Below, in pieces: positions 17,980 through 26,377 of a stretch of DNA of 64,000 bases. The notes beneath the pieces were generated by a model, which saw only the letters and a list, made by a program, of their open reading frames with translations, was not told the DNA's origin and searched no databases. Position 1 is the stretch's first letter; each line of letters opens with the position of its first letter. The stretch is from Thermoplasmata archaeon. Lineage in GTDB: Archaea > Thermoplasmatota > Thermoplasmata > Lutacidiplasmatales > UBA184. The DNA is taken from positions 285 to 64,284 of the forward strand of contig JASHSU010000152.1 of NCBI GenBank assembly GCA_030038605.1. Reading direction: 5' to 3'. The position numbers were made by a program, and so were the translations under genes.

Positions 17980-18434
17980 CACTCCACCTGGAGGGCCGCG
18001 CCCGCGGCGGAGTACCGCCACGTCTCGGGCAAGCGGCGCCGCTGCCGGTAGTACCGGGCCAGGCGGCGGATCCTCGACTCCATCAGAGCGAGGCCCCGGC
18101 GGTTGGAGAGGTCCTTGGGGTGGGTCGTCAGGTGGCGCTGGAGGTGGACGACGCGCTTCAACAGCGCCTGCAGGTCATCGGGGATCTCGGGCTGGACGCC
18201 CTGCTCTTTCAGGATCGCGCCCAGGCGCTTGCCCGTCACCACGCGCGCGGACGGCACCCCGTGCTGGTCCCGGAGGACGAGGCCGATGTGGGCCGCCGAC
18301 TGGCCGGCCTTGGCCAGACCGACCGCCTGCTCGACGACCTCCTCACTCGTGGTGGTCACCCATTCCGGCTTGGTGAGGGGGTAGGGACGGTGCGAGCCGG
18401 CCCGGCCCTTCCGTCCGGAGTGGATGCGCGACAT
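17979..18434 (-). CDS. rps15: 30S ribosomal protein S15 (eukaryotic S13 homolog)
   Basis: MSRIHSGRKGRAGSHRPYPLTKPEWV...LVLRDQHGVPSARVVTGKRLGAILKEQGV...RGLALMESRIRRLARYY is the archaeal S15 pattern. Confidence 0.8.
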   Translation of the reverse strand: MSRIHSGRKGRAGSHRPYPLTKPEWVTTTSEEVVEQAVGLAKAGQSAAHIGLVLRDQHGVPSARVVTGKRLGAILKEQGVQPEIPDDLQALLKRVVHLQRHLTTHPKDLSNRRGLALMESRIRRLARYYRQRRRLPETWRYSAAGAALQVE

Positions 18435-18496
18435 GGCCCCGCGCCGACCCACGTGCCTTACTTAAGGTTCCCGGGCGCGAGGACTCGGATTCCCCG

Positions 18497-18835
18497 TCAG
18501 GGGATGCGGTCGCTCGACTTCTGGACATCGACGAGGAACGCCTTGCCTTCCGCGGTGATCTGGTAGACCGCCTTGGTGGGGGCGCCCTTGGCCGGGGCCC
18601 GTTCGGTCGGGACCCGGGCTTCGACCAGCCCGTTGCGCACGAGCAGTCCGAGCGCGAGCGGTACCTTCACGTGGCCCTGCTCGACCGCCCAGAACCGGGC
18701 CAGCAGTCGCTCCATCTCGTCCAGCTCGAGCGTCTGGTCGCGGGCCCGGCCCTCGTTGATCGACTCGGCCCGGTTGAGCTGCTGGAGGAGGGCCACCAGC
18801 GTCGAGCGTACGGGGTCGGCGGCGTCCTCGGCCAC
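18497..18835 (-). CDS. Small winged-helix-like hypothetical protein (GTG start)
   Basis: 112 aa. It is a paralog of the next gene, sharing the ALLQQLNRAE / VLRFLNRAE block and a helix-turn-wing pattern. Confidence 0.4.
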   Translation of the reverse strand: MAEDAADPVRSTLVALLQQLNRAESINEGRARDQTLELDEMERLLARFWAVEQGHVKVPLALGLLVRNGLVEARVPTERAPAKGAPTKAVYQITAEGKAFLVDVQKSSDRIP

Positions 18836-18886
18836 GCGACGTATAACGGCCCGTTCGGCTACATAAATCCCGAAGGCCCGTGCAGG

Positions 18887-19231
18887 TTACTCGATCCGTC
18901 CGCTGCGCTCGAGCTTCTGGAGCAGGTACTCCTTCCCCGTCAGGGAGAGGGCGTACCGCCGGCCCACCGTCCGGCCCCGGTCCCAGGCGAACTCGGGGTC
19001 GTCCAGCTCGATGATCATCCGGTTGCCGAGCAGGGTCGTGAGAGCCGTGTCGAGCTCGGCGCCGGTGGCTTCGGGATGGAGGCCCCGCCGCAAGTGGGTG
19101 AGCAGTTCACCGTGCTCGAGGCCCGCCACCTCCTCGCCCTCCACCTCGGCCCGGTTGAGGAACCGCAGCACCTCGAGCAGGATGGCACCCAGCTCGCCGG
19201 CGCGCTCGGAATCGGTGTCGGACGGAGTCAT
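18887..19231 (-). CDS. Small winged-helix-like hypothetical protein (paralog of 18497..18835)
   Basis: The start is taken at the internal ATG at 19231 (MTPSDTDSERAGELGAILLEVLRFLNRAEVEGEE...); the upstream part of the track ORF is Cys/Gly-rich junk-like. Confidence 0.4.
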   Translation of the reverse strand: MTPSDTDSERAGELGAILLEVLRFLNRAEVEGEEVAGLEHGELLTHLRRGLHPEATGAELDTALTTLLGNRMIIELDDPEFAWDRGRTVGRRYALSLTGKEYLLQKLERSGRIE

Positions 19232-19302
19232 GGTCCCTCGGCACCGGCACTTGACCCTTGACGCCGACTTAATAGGGAGGTCCGACCGATACCCCCCCTC
19301 CG

Positions 19303-19611
19303 ATGAGTTGTACCTGCCGGAATCCGGCCCGGTGCCCGGTTTGCAACACACCGGTGCGGGTGCCACTCACCAACCTGGAGAACGCCACGGGCGGGGCGTT
19401 CCTGGTCGACCGGTTCGCGCGGCGCGATTCGTCGTCCTCGCGGGAGGGCCTACGCCGCCTCATCCAGGGATGGGCGTCGTGCCCATCGTGCGGGCACACG
19501 GTCTACCACGACCACTCGCGTTCGTGCGTCGCCGAGGCCCTCAGTGCGGCGGGCGTGCCGCTGACCGAGCGGGAACAGATCCTCGCCAAGATATCGTTCC
19601 CGGAAGGATGA
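19303..19611 (+). CDS. Small Cys-rich (putative zinc-finger) protein
   Basis: CTCRNPARCPVCNTP...CPSCGHTVYHDHSRSC provides several CxxC-type ligand pairs. It ends 11 nt before trpS. Confidence 0.3.
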   Translation: MSCTCRNPARCPVCNTPVRVPLTNLENATGGAFLVDRFARRDSSSSREGLRRLIQGWASCPSCGHTVYHDHSRSCVAEALSAAGVPLTEREQILAKISFPEG

Positions 19612-19621
19612 GAGGGCGCCG

Positions 19622-20770
19622 ATGACCGCGCCCGACGAATTCGTCGTCACACCGTACGAAGTGAAGGGCCGCATCGACTACCAGCGGCTACGGGAACTGT
19701 TCGGCACCCAGGACCTGACACCGGACCTGCTGGCCCGACTCCACCAGCTCGCGGGCGGGGACCTGCCGCCGTCGATCGCCCGCGGGGTGTACTACTCGCA
19801 CCGGGACTTCGGCTGGCTGCTCGACCAGTACCAGAAGGGGTCGCCGTTCTTCCTCTACACCGGACGGGGGCCGTCCGGTCCGCTGCACACGTCCCACCTG
19901 CTCTCGTTCGACCTCTGCCGATGGTTCCAGAAGACGCTCGGCGTGCGGATGTTCATCCAGATCACGGACGACGAGAAGTTCTGGGCCCGGTCCGGGCTCA
20001 CCCGCGAGGAGACGGCCCACTGGGGGATGGAGAACCTCTACGACATCCTGGCCCTGGGGTTCGACCCCAAACGCACCCACGTCTTCTTCGACTCCAAGTC
20101 GATCGCCGCCCTGTATCCGCTCGCCATCCGGGTCGCCCGGAAGATCCCGTACTCGACCGTGAAGGCGGTCTTCGGCTTCGAGCCGAGCACGAACATCGGC
20201 CTCGTGTTCTACACGGCGCTGCAGACCGTCCCCTGCTTCTACCCGTCCTGGGCCGAGGGACGGAGCGTCCCGTGCTTGATCCCGTGCGGCATCGACCAGG
20301 ACCCGCACTTCCGCGTGACCCGCGACATCGCCGAAGGGCTCGGGTATCCCAAGCCCGCGCTCCTCCACAGCCAGATGCTCCCCGGCCTGCTCGGCGAGAA
20401 CGCGATGAGCACGACCGGCGACCGGGAGGACAACGCCCTGTTCCTCAACGACCCGCCCAAGGTCGTCGAGAAGAAGGTCCGCAACGCCTTCACGGGTGGC
20501 CGGGCCACGGTCGAGGAGCAGCGGCGCCTCGGCGCCACGCCCGAGATCTGTTCGGTCTGGGCGCTCTGGCGCACGCGGTTTGCCCAGGACGACCAGGAGT
20601 TCCAGGAGGTCACCCGGGACTGCCGGTCGGGCGCGATGCTGTGCGGTGAGTGCAAGGCCCGCATCCTGGAGCGGATCCACCCCTTCTTCGCGGAGCACGC
20701 CGTGGCCCGCGAGAAGGTCAAAGACTGGGCCGAGTCGACGATCGTCACGCAGGCGCCGAAGGCGCTCTAG
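19622..20770 (+). CDS. trpS: Tryptophanyl-tRNA synthetase (archaeal/eukaryotic type)
   Basis: Class I aaRS with HIGH-region analogue YTGRGPSGPLHTSHL and a KMSxS-like region, 382 aa. The TrpRS assignment is favoured over TyrRS from the GRGPSG block. Confidence 0.75.
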   Translation: MTAPDEFVVTPYEVKGRIDYQRLRELFGTQDLTPDLLARLHQLAGGDLPPSIARGVYYSHRDFGWLLDQYQKGSPFFLYTGRGPSGPLHTSHLLSFDLCRWFQKTLGVRMFIQITDDEKFWARSGLTREETAHWGMENLYDILALGFDPKRTHVFFDSKSIAALYPLAIRVARKIPYSTVKAVFGFEPSTNIGLVFYTALQTVPCFYPSWAEGRSVPCLIPCGIDQDPHFRVTRDIAEGLGYPKPALLHSQMLPGLLGENAMSTTGDREDNALFLNDPPKVVEKKVRNAFTGGRATVEEQRRLGATPEICSVWALWRTRFAQDDQEFQEVTRDCRSGAMLCGECKARILERIHPFFAEHAVAREKVKDWAESTIVTQAPKAL

Positions 20771-21497
20771 CGGACCTCGGGCCGTCCGTCGTCGCTCCGC
20801 CGGGGCACGCGGAACGGAGGCCCTCCCTCTTCGGGCGGCGGCTCCGGTCCCCCCTTCACCGCGGTGAGGAGACGGAGCATCGGTCGGAACAGGGAGCCCT
20901 GCGCCCGCTGGGGGTCGAGCGTGTAGGCGCGCTCGTAAGCGGCGATCGCGGCATCCTCGTCGCCCAGACTCAGGAGGGAGAGCGACAGGTCGAGCCAGCT
21001 CTTCGCCTCGCGCGACCCCTCCCGCGCGCCGGTCTCGTCCACGTGGTCGTCGAACCGGGGTCGGGGCACGGAGTCGTCGTCGTCGGAAACGGAGCGGGAG
21101 AGGACCAGGGCCCGCTCGAACGCGACGGAGGCGCCGGATTCCTCGCCGGACTCCGCAAGGGCCACGCCCAAACGGTGCCAGGCGACCATGTCGTCGGGCA
21201 CGAGAGCGACGGCGCGCCGGTAGGCGCTGGCGGCCTCGCTCCACTCCTCGCGCAGCGAGCGCGCGACCCCCAGATGGAACCAGGCCTCCCCGTTCGCGGG
21301 AGCGAGCTGGATCGCGCGGGCGAGCGCCGCCTCGGCTTCGAGCGCCCGGCCCGTGTGCGCGAGACTGATCCCGTAGTACGACCACGCGGACGCGTTCGTC
21401 GGGTCGTCCCGGATGACATCCAGGAACGCCCGCACGGCGCGGTCGTACTCCCCCCGAAGGAGATAGTGAACCCCTAGGTCAGCGCGCTGGTCCACAC
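20767..21497 (-). CDS. TPR-repeat protein. The start is uncertain; a GTG near 21497 is possible. Only the 3' part of track ORF 20767..22395 is used.
   Basis: Tandem TPR motifs (AWSYYGISLAHTGRALEAEAALARAIQLAPANGEAWFHLGVA...AYRRAVALVPDDMVAWHRLGVAL). Confidence 0.5.
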
Positions 21498-21777
21498 CCG
21501 GTCGGAGCTGTCGAGGGCGGGTCAGCCCAAAAGGATGATGCCGGACCGCCGCGTCCGGATAACCCGCGCGCGAGGGCCCCGGAGGGCCCGACCCGGGGCC
21601 CCCGCGTCCTTTATATGGCCCGAGATTCCATGCGGCGCCCGAGGAATCCGCGAGCCGGCCCGAATCGAGCGTCCCGCCCGTCCTGCTTTTTGCGACGAGT
21701 GTTCCGCGAGATGCGTATCGCCTCCCGATTCCCACCCAAACCCAACGCGAAACGCGAAAGCAGAGAAGGCGAGACCG

Positions 21778-22281
21778 ATGGTAGACAAACCCCTGACGAA
21801 AGTGCGCGACCTGACGCCGAACTCGAAGCAAGTGAACGTGCTGGCCAAAGTGATCAGCATCGGAGAGCCGAAGGAAGTCATGGGCAAGTTCGGCGACCCC
21901 CGGAAGGTGTGCGAGGCCGTGGTCGGCGACGACTCCGGCGTCATCACCCTGTCGCTCTGGAACGAGCAGATCGGCTCGATCCAGAAGGACGAGGTCATCC
22001 TGATCGACAACGGCTACGTCTCCCTCGTGCGGGGCCACATGCGCCTCAACGTGGGACGGTACGGCAACCTGTCGAAGTCGACCGAGTCGATCCCCGAGAT
22101 CAACCAGTCGCTCGACATGAGCCAGCAGGAGTTCGAGAGCGAGCGCCGGTCGTTCGGCGGCGGCTACCGTGACCGCGGTGGCGGCGGCGGCGGATACGGC
22201 GGCGGTGGCGGTGGCCGGTACGGTGGCGGCGGCGGTGGCGGCGGTGGCCGCGAGCGCTCCGACTCGTACAAGCGCTACTGA
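21778..22281 (+). CDS. OB-fold single-stranded DNA-binding protein (RPA/SSB-like) with a Gly/Tyr/Arg-rich C-terminal tail
   Basis: ATG at 21778. An OB-fold pattern (LTPNSKQVNVLAKVISIGEPKEV...VVGDDSGVITLSLWNEQ...VILIDNGYVSLVRGHMRLNVGRYG) is followed by GGGYRDRGGGGGGYGGGGGGRYGGGGGGGGGRERSDSYKRY. Confidence 0.65.
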   Translation: MVDKPLTKVRDLTPNSKQVNVLAKVISIGEPKEVMGKFGDPRKVCEAVVGDDSGVITLSLWNEQIGSIQKDEVILIDNGYVSLVRGHMRLNVGRYGNLSKSTESIPEINQSLDMSQQEFESERRSFGGGYRDRGGGGGGYGGGGGGRYGGGGGGGGGRERSDSYKRY

Positions 22282-22318
22282 TCCGACCTCCGGATCCCGA
22301 CGGACGAACCCTTTCCCT

Positions 22319-22342
22319 CCCCGCCTCCCTCGAGGGGCGGGG
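22319..22342 (+). other. GC-rich hairpin 38 nt downstream of the SSB gene (candidate terminator or structured element)
   Basis: ccccgcc-tccctcgagg-ggcgggg gives a 7-bp stem and 10-nt loop containing the cctcgagg palindrome. It is followed by AT-rich gatagttctaagtagg (a possible promoter for the Lrp-like gene), but no oligo-T tract. Confidence 0.25.
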
Positions 22343-22393
22343 GGTGACCCGAAGATAGTTCTAAGTAGGCTACCCCGCTCTCGCGCCTCGGCC

Positions 22394-23047
22394 ATGGCGG
22401 ACGACGCGCACGAGCTGGTCCTGTACGTTCAATCGAAGAAGGCGGTCACGACGGTCTATCGGCCCCCGACCACCGGGACGGGGATACCCGCCAGCACGGG
22501 CCGGGCGCCGGACGAGGCGTCGGTCGGCGACTCGCCGGTCTACTTCCTCTCGGACGACCAGGCCCGGTGCGTGGCGATGGTCGAGGAGACCGCCAATGCC
22601 CGCGGCTACCATGTCCGGGTCGTCGACGTCGAGAAGGCCGGGCGCCTCGAGCGCCTGGTCGCCGAGCGCCTCCGCGGGGTCCAGAACTTCCCGGTCCTCA
22701 TCTCGACCAAGGGCCCCCGGCTGGAGGGGGTCGCCTCGTTCAACGAGGACAGCCTCTGCGAGCTGATGCCGACCGAGCTCAAGAGTACCCGCGCGTTCAC
22801 GTACCTCAAGGTCAAGGGCGGCGACCTGGACCGGATCCGCACCCTGCTCGAGACCCTGCCTGAGGTCAAGGAGATGCACTTCCTGACCGGCGACTGGGAC
22901 ATCCTGGTCGTTCTCGACTTCCCGGGCGCCAGTTCGAACAAGCGGCAGGTCCTCGACTTCGTCACGGACCGGATCCGGGGCATCCCCGAGGTCCTCGACA
23001 CCTCGACCGTGCTGCCCGAGTACTCGGTCTCGAAGTTCCCGCTGTAG
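22394..23047 (+). CDS. Fusion protein: N-terminal thioredoxin-fold-like domain plus C-terminal Lrp/AsnC RAM (AsnC_trans_reg) domain
   Basis: The C-terminal half (TRAFTYLKVKGGDLDRIRTLLETLPEVKEMHFLTGDWDILVVLDFPGASSNKRQVLDFVTD...) matches the RAM domain. The N-terminal half lacks an HTH and instead looks thioredoxin-like. Confidence 0.5.
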   Translation: MADDAHELVLYVQSKKAVTTVYRPPTTGTGIPASTGRAPDEASVGDSPVYFLSDDQARCVAMVEETANARGYHVRVVDVEKAGRLERLVAERLRGVQNFPVLISTKGPRLEGVASFNEDSLCELMPTELKSTRAFTYLKVKGGDLDRIRTLLETLPEVKEMHFLTGDWDILVVLDFPGASSNKRQVLDFVTDRIRGIPEVLDTSTVLPEYSVSKFPL

Positions 23048-23062
23048 GGCGGGGACCCCGGC

Positions 23063-26000
23063 CTAGCGCCGGCGACCCGCCCGTCGGCGTCGTTTCGGTA
23101 TGACCGGGATCTCGCGCGGCCGCCGGCTGGGCCCGCCGTCCGCGGCCGGCTCTTCCGTCCCGTAGAGCGCGTCCACGGTGAGCGGGTGGTCTTCCAGGAA
23201 GGCGAACCCCTCGACGTAGGCGGCGAACGTCTCGAGGCTCGTGAACAGCGGGATCCCCAGCTCGACCGCACGTCGCCGGAGCACGTACTCGTCCTCGAGC
23301 ATCCGCTCGAACTTCTCCTGCGTCAACGAGAGCGGGACGTTGAGGAGGAGGTCGATGCCGCCCCGGTCCAGCTCCTCCAAGACGTTGGGGTGGCGGTCCG
23401 GCTCCGAGACCTTGTGGAGGATGCGGACCCCCCGGACCCCGCGGGAGCGCAGGAAGGCGCCCGTGTCCTCGGTCGCGGCGATGCGGAGCCCGAGGCTGCG
23501 GAGCCGTCGGGCCACGGGGAGCAGCTCCTCCTTGAGCTGCGGACCGCCGACGGAAAGGAACGCGGAGCCCCGGCGGACGACGAGCCGCACCCCGGTCGCG
23601 ACCAGCGCCTTCACGAGCGCGTCGGCGAACGTCGGTCCGAAGCAGGCGACCTCGCCCGTCGACTGCATCTCGACGCCCAGCAAGGGGTCCGAGCCGGTGA
23701 GCTGGAGGAAGGAGAACTGCGGCACCTTGACACCGAACCGGCCCGGCGGCAACGCGGCGAGGCCCTCGTGCGTCAGCGGGCGCCCGAGCATCGCCCGCGC
23801 CGCTTCCCGCAGGAGCGGCACCCCCGTCGCCTTCGTCAGGAACGGCAGGGAGCGGCTGGCCCTCAGGTTGAGCTCGATGACCTGGTAGGCCTGGTCCTTG
23901 ACCAGGAACTGGATGTTGAACGGACCGCGGATCGAGAGGGTGCGCGCGAGTTGGCGCGCGGCGTCCATGAGCTGGGCCTGGACTTCGGGCGGCGTGTGCC
24001 GGGGCGGGAGCGAAAAGATGGCGTCGCCGGAATGTACGCCGGCCCGCTCGACGTGCTCGAGGATGCCACCGACCAGCACCCGCTCGCCGTCGGAGATGGC
24101 GTCCAGCTCGACCTCGTCCGCCCCCTCGATGAATTTGGTGATGACGACCGGGTGTTCCGGCGAGATGCGCGTGGCCTCCGAGAGGAACCGACCCAGGTCG
24201 TGGCGGCCCCAGATGACCCGCATCGCCTGGCCGCTGAGGACGTACGACGGTCGGACCAATACGGGATACCCGACCTGGTCCGCGAAGGCGCTCGCCTCGT
24301 CCAGGGTCGTGAACGCCCGCCAGGCCGGTTGCGGGATCTGCAGCCGCTCGAGCAGGCTCGCGAACCGGGCGCGGTCTTCCGCGGAATCGATCGACTCGGG
24401 GGCGGTCCCGAGCACCGGGATACCGCACATCTGCAGCAACGGGGTGAGATTCTGGGCCAGCTGGCTGCCGACGCAGGTCACGACACCGGCGAACCGCTCG
24501 GCCTCGGTGATGTCGCGGACGCGCTCGAGGGTGATCTCCTCGAAGTAGAGACGGTCGGACCGGTCGTAGTCCGTGGAGACAGTCTCGGGGTTCGAGTTGA
24601 GGACCGCGACCCCGGGAACGCCCTCGGCCCGCAGCCCATCGGCCAGGTTCATCGTCGACCAGTCGAACTCGACGCTCGAGCCGATGCGGTACGGTCCCGC
24701 GCCGATGACGAGGATCGAGCCCGAGGGCATCGGTCGGACGTCGTCGGCGTCGGCCCGGTAGGTGAGGTAGAGGTAGTTGGTCCGGGCCGGCCATTCTCCG
24801 GCCAGGGTATCTATCATCCGGGTGCGGGGGCGGATCCCGGCGTCCAGGCGGAGCCGCCGCACGTCCTCCTCGTCGCGTCGAGCGGCCCGGCCGATGGCCC
24901 GGTCGGAGAGCCCGAGTTCCTTGGCCCGGCGCAGCAGGGTCGGGTCCAGGAGCGCATCCTTGGAGGCGCCCAGGGCCCGGTGGGTCGACTCGACCTCCGC
25001 CAGGCAATCGACGAACCAACGGTCGACCCACGCCGTCTTCGCGATCTCGGCGGACGGGAGGCCGGCGCGGAGCCCTTCGAGGATGCGGTAGAGGATCTCG
25101 GGGGTGGGGCTCGCGAGGTCCTTCAGGATCGCGGCCGGGGCCCGGGTCTCGCTCGGCGGGACCAGGTCCGCCCGGGGGTCGCTCATCCGGACCGCCTTCG
25201 AGACCGCCTCCGGGAACGAGGCGCCGATGCCCATCACCTCACCGACCGACTTCATCGCGGGGCCGAGCCGACGCTCGGCCCGCTCGAACTTGTCCAGGTC
25301 CCAGCGGGGCAGTTTCACGACGACGTAGTCGAGGGCCGGCTCGAAGCAGGCCGTCGTCACGCCGGTGATCCGGTTCTTGAGCTCGGGCAGGGTGTACCCG
25401 AGCGCCAGCTTGGCGGCCACGTAGGCGAGCGGATAGCCGGTCGCCTTGCTCGCAAGCGCGCTCGAACGGGAGAGCCGCGCGTTGATCTCGATCGCGTAGT
25501 ACTCGTCGGTCGCCGGGTTGAGGCAGAACTGGATGTTGCACTCGCCGACGATCCCGCACGCCTCGACCGCGCGGAGCGCCGCCTGGCGGAGCATCTGGTA
25601 CTCGGCGTCCGTGAGCGTCTGGCTGGGGGCGATGACGATGTTGTCGCCCGTGTGGACGCGCATGCTGAGCACGTTCTCCATGTTGCACACGGTGAGCGCG
25701 TTCCCCTTCGCGTCGCGGACGACCTCGTACTCGAGCTGCTTCCACGTGCCGACGTACCGCTCGAGCAGGACCTGGCCGACCGGGCTCCACCGGAGCCCGC
25801 GGCCGACGACCTCGGTGAGCTCGTCCCAGGTGCGGGCGACGCCCCCTCCCTTGCCACCGAGGGTGTAGGCGACCCGGACCATCACCGGAAACCCGAGTTC
25901 CTTGGCCGCCTCGCGGGCGGCCTCGATGGAATAGACGGCGCGACTCGGCAGGGTCGGAACGCGCGCCTTCTGCATGATGCGGACGAACTTCTGACGGTCC

Positions 26001-26377
26001 TCGGTCGCCCGGATCGCCCAGAGGGGCGTCCCGAGGACCCGGGTCCCCGCGGCCCGGAACGCCCCCTTCTCGGCGAGTTGGACGCCGCAGTTGAGGGCCG
26101 TCTGCCCGCCGAACGAGACGAGGATCCCGTCGGGGCGCTCCTCCTTCAGGATGGGAGCGACGAACTCGGGCGTCAGGGGCTGGAAGTAGACCCGGCCCAA
26201 CCGGGGCGGGTCGGTCTGGAGCGTCGCGATGTTCGGGTTGACGACGATCGTGTACACGCCCTCCTCTTCGAGCGCCTTCAAGCACTGGCTGCCGGAGTAG
26301 TCGAACTCGCCGGCCTCCCCGATCTTGAGGGCGCCGCTGCCGAGGAGCACCACCTTGCGGGGGAGCGTGACACTCAT
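23063..26377 (-). CDS. carB: Carbamoyl-phosphate synthase large subunit
   Basis: 1104 aa with duplicated ATP-grasp halves and the full set of CarB conserved blocks. Its start overlaps the carA stop by 4 nt. Confidence 0.9.
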   Translation of the reverse strand: MSVTLPRKVVLLGSGALKIGEAGEFDYSGSQCLKALEEEGVYTIVVNPNIATLQTDPPRLGRVYFQPLTPEFVAPILKEERPDGILVSFGGQTALNCGVQLAEKGAFRAAGTRVLGTPLWAIRATEDRQKFVRIMQKARVPTLPSRAVYSIEAAREAAKELGFPVMVRVAYTLGGKGGGVARTWDELTEVVGRGLRWSPVGQVLLERYVGTWKQLEYEVVRDAKGNALTVCNMENVLSMRVHTGDNIVIAPSQTLTDAEYQMLRQAALRAVEACGIVGECNIQFCLNPATDEYYAIEINARLSRSSALASKATGYPLAYVAAKLALGYTLPELKNRITGVTTACFEPALDYVVVKLPRWDLDKFERAERRLGPAMKSVGEVMGIGASFPEAVSKAVRMSDPRADLVPPSETRAPAAILKDLASPTPEILYRILEGLRAGLPSAEIAKTAWVDRWFVDCLAEVESTHRALGASKDALLDPTLLRRAKELGLSDRAIGRAARRDEEDVRRLRLDAGIRPRTRMIDTLAGEWPARTNYLYLTYRADADDVRPMPSGSILVIGAGPYRIGSSVEFDWSTMNLADGLRAEGVPGVAVLNSNPETVSTDYDRSDRLYFEEITLERVRDITEAERFAGVVTCVGSQLAQNLTPLLQMCGIPVLGTAPESIDSAEDRARFASLLERLQIPQPAWRAFTTLDEASAFADQVGYPVLVRPSYVLSGQAMRVIWGRHDLGRFLSEATRISPEHPVVITKFIEGADEVELDAISDGERVLVGGILEHVERAGVHSGDAIFSLPPRHTPPEVQAQLMDAARQLARTLSIRGPFNIQFLVKDQAYQVIELNLRASRSLPFLTKATGVPLLREAARAMLGRPLTHEGLAALPPGRFGVKVPQFSFLQLTGSDPLLGVEMQSTGEVACFGPTFADALVKALVATGVRLVVRRGSAFLSVGGPQLKEELLPVARRLRSLGLRIAATEDTGAFLRSRGVRGVRILHKVSEPDRHPNVLEELDRGGIDLLLNVPLSLTQEKFERMLEDEYVLRRRAVELGIPLFTSLETFAAYVEGFAFLEDHPLTVDALYGTEEPAADGGPSRRPREIPVIPKRRRRAGRRR

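Noticed and set aside
16588-18021. Possibility that the gene upstream of gyrA is gyrB
   Set aside because: The sequence has DHH and DHHA1 motifs and none of the GHKL ATPase or TOPRIM blocks of GyrB. It is called as a RecJ-like phosphoesterase instead.
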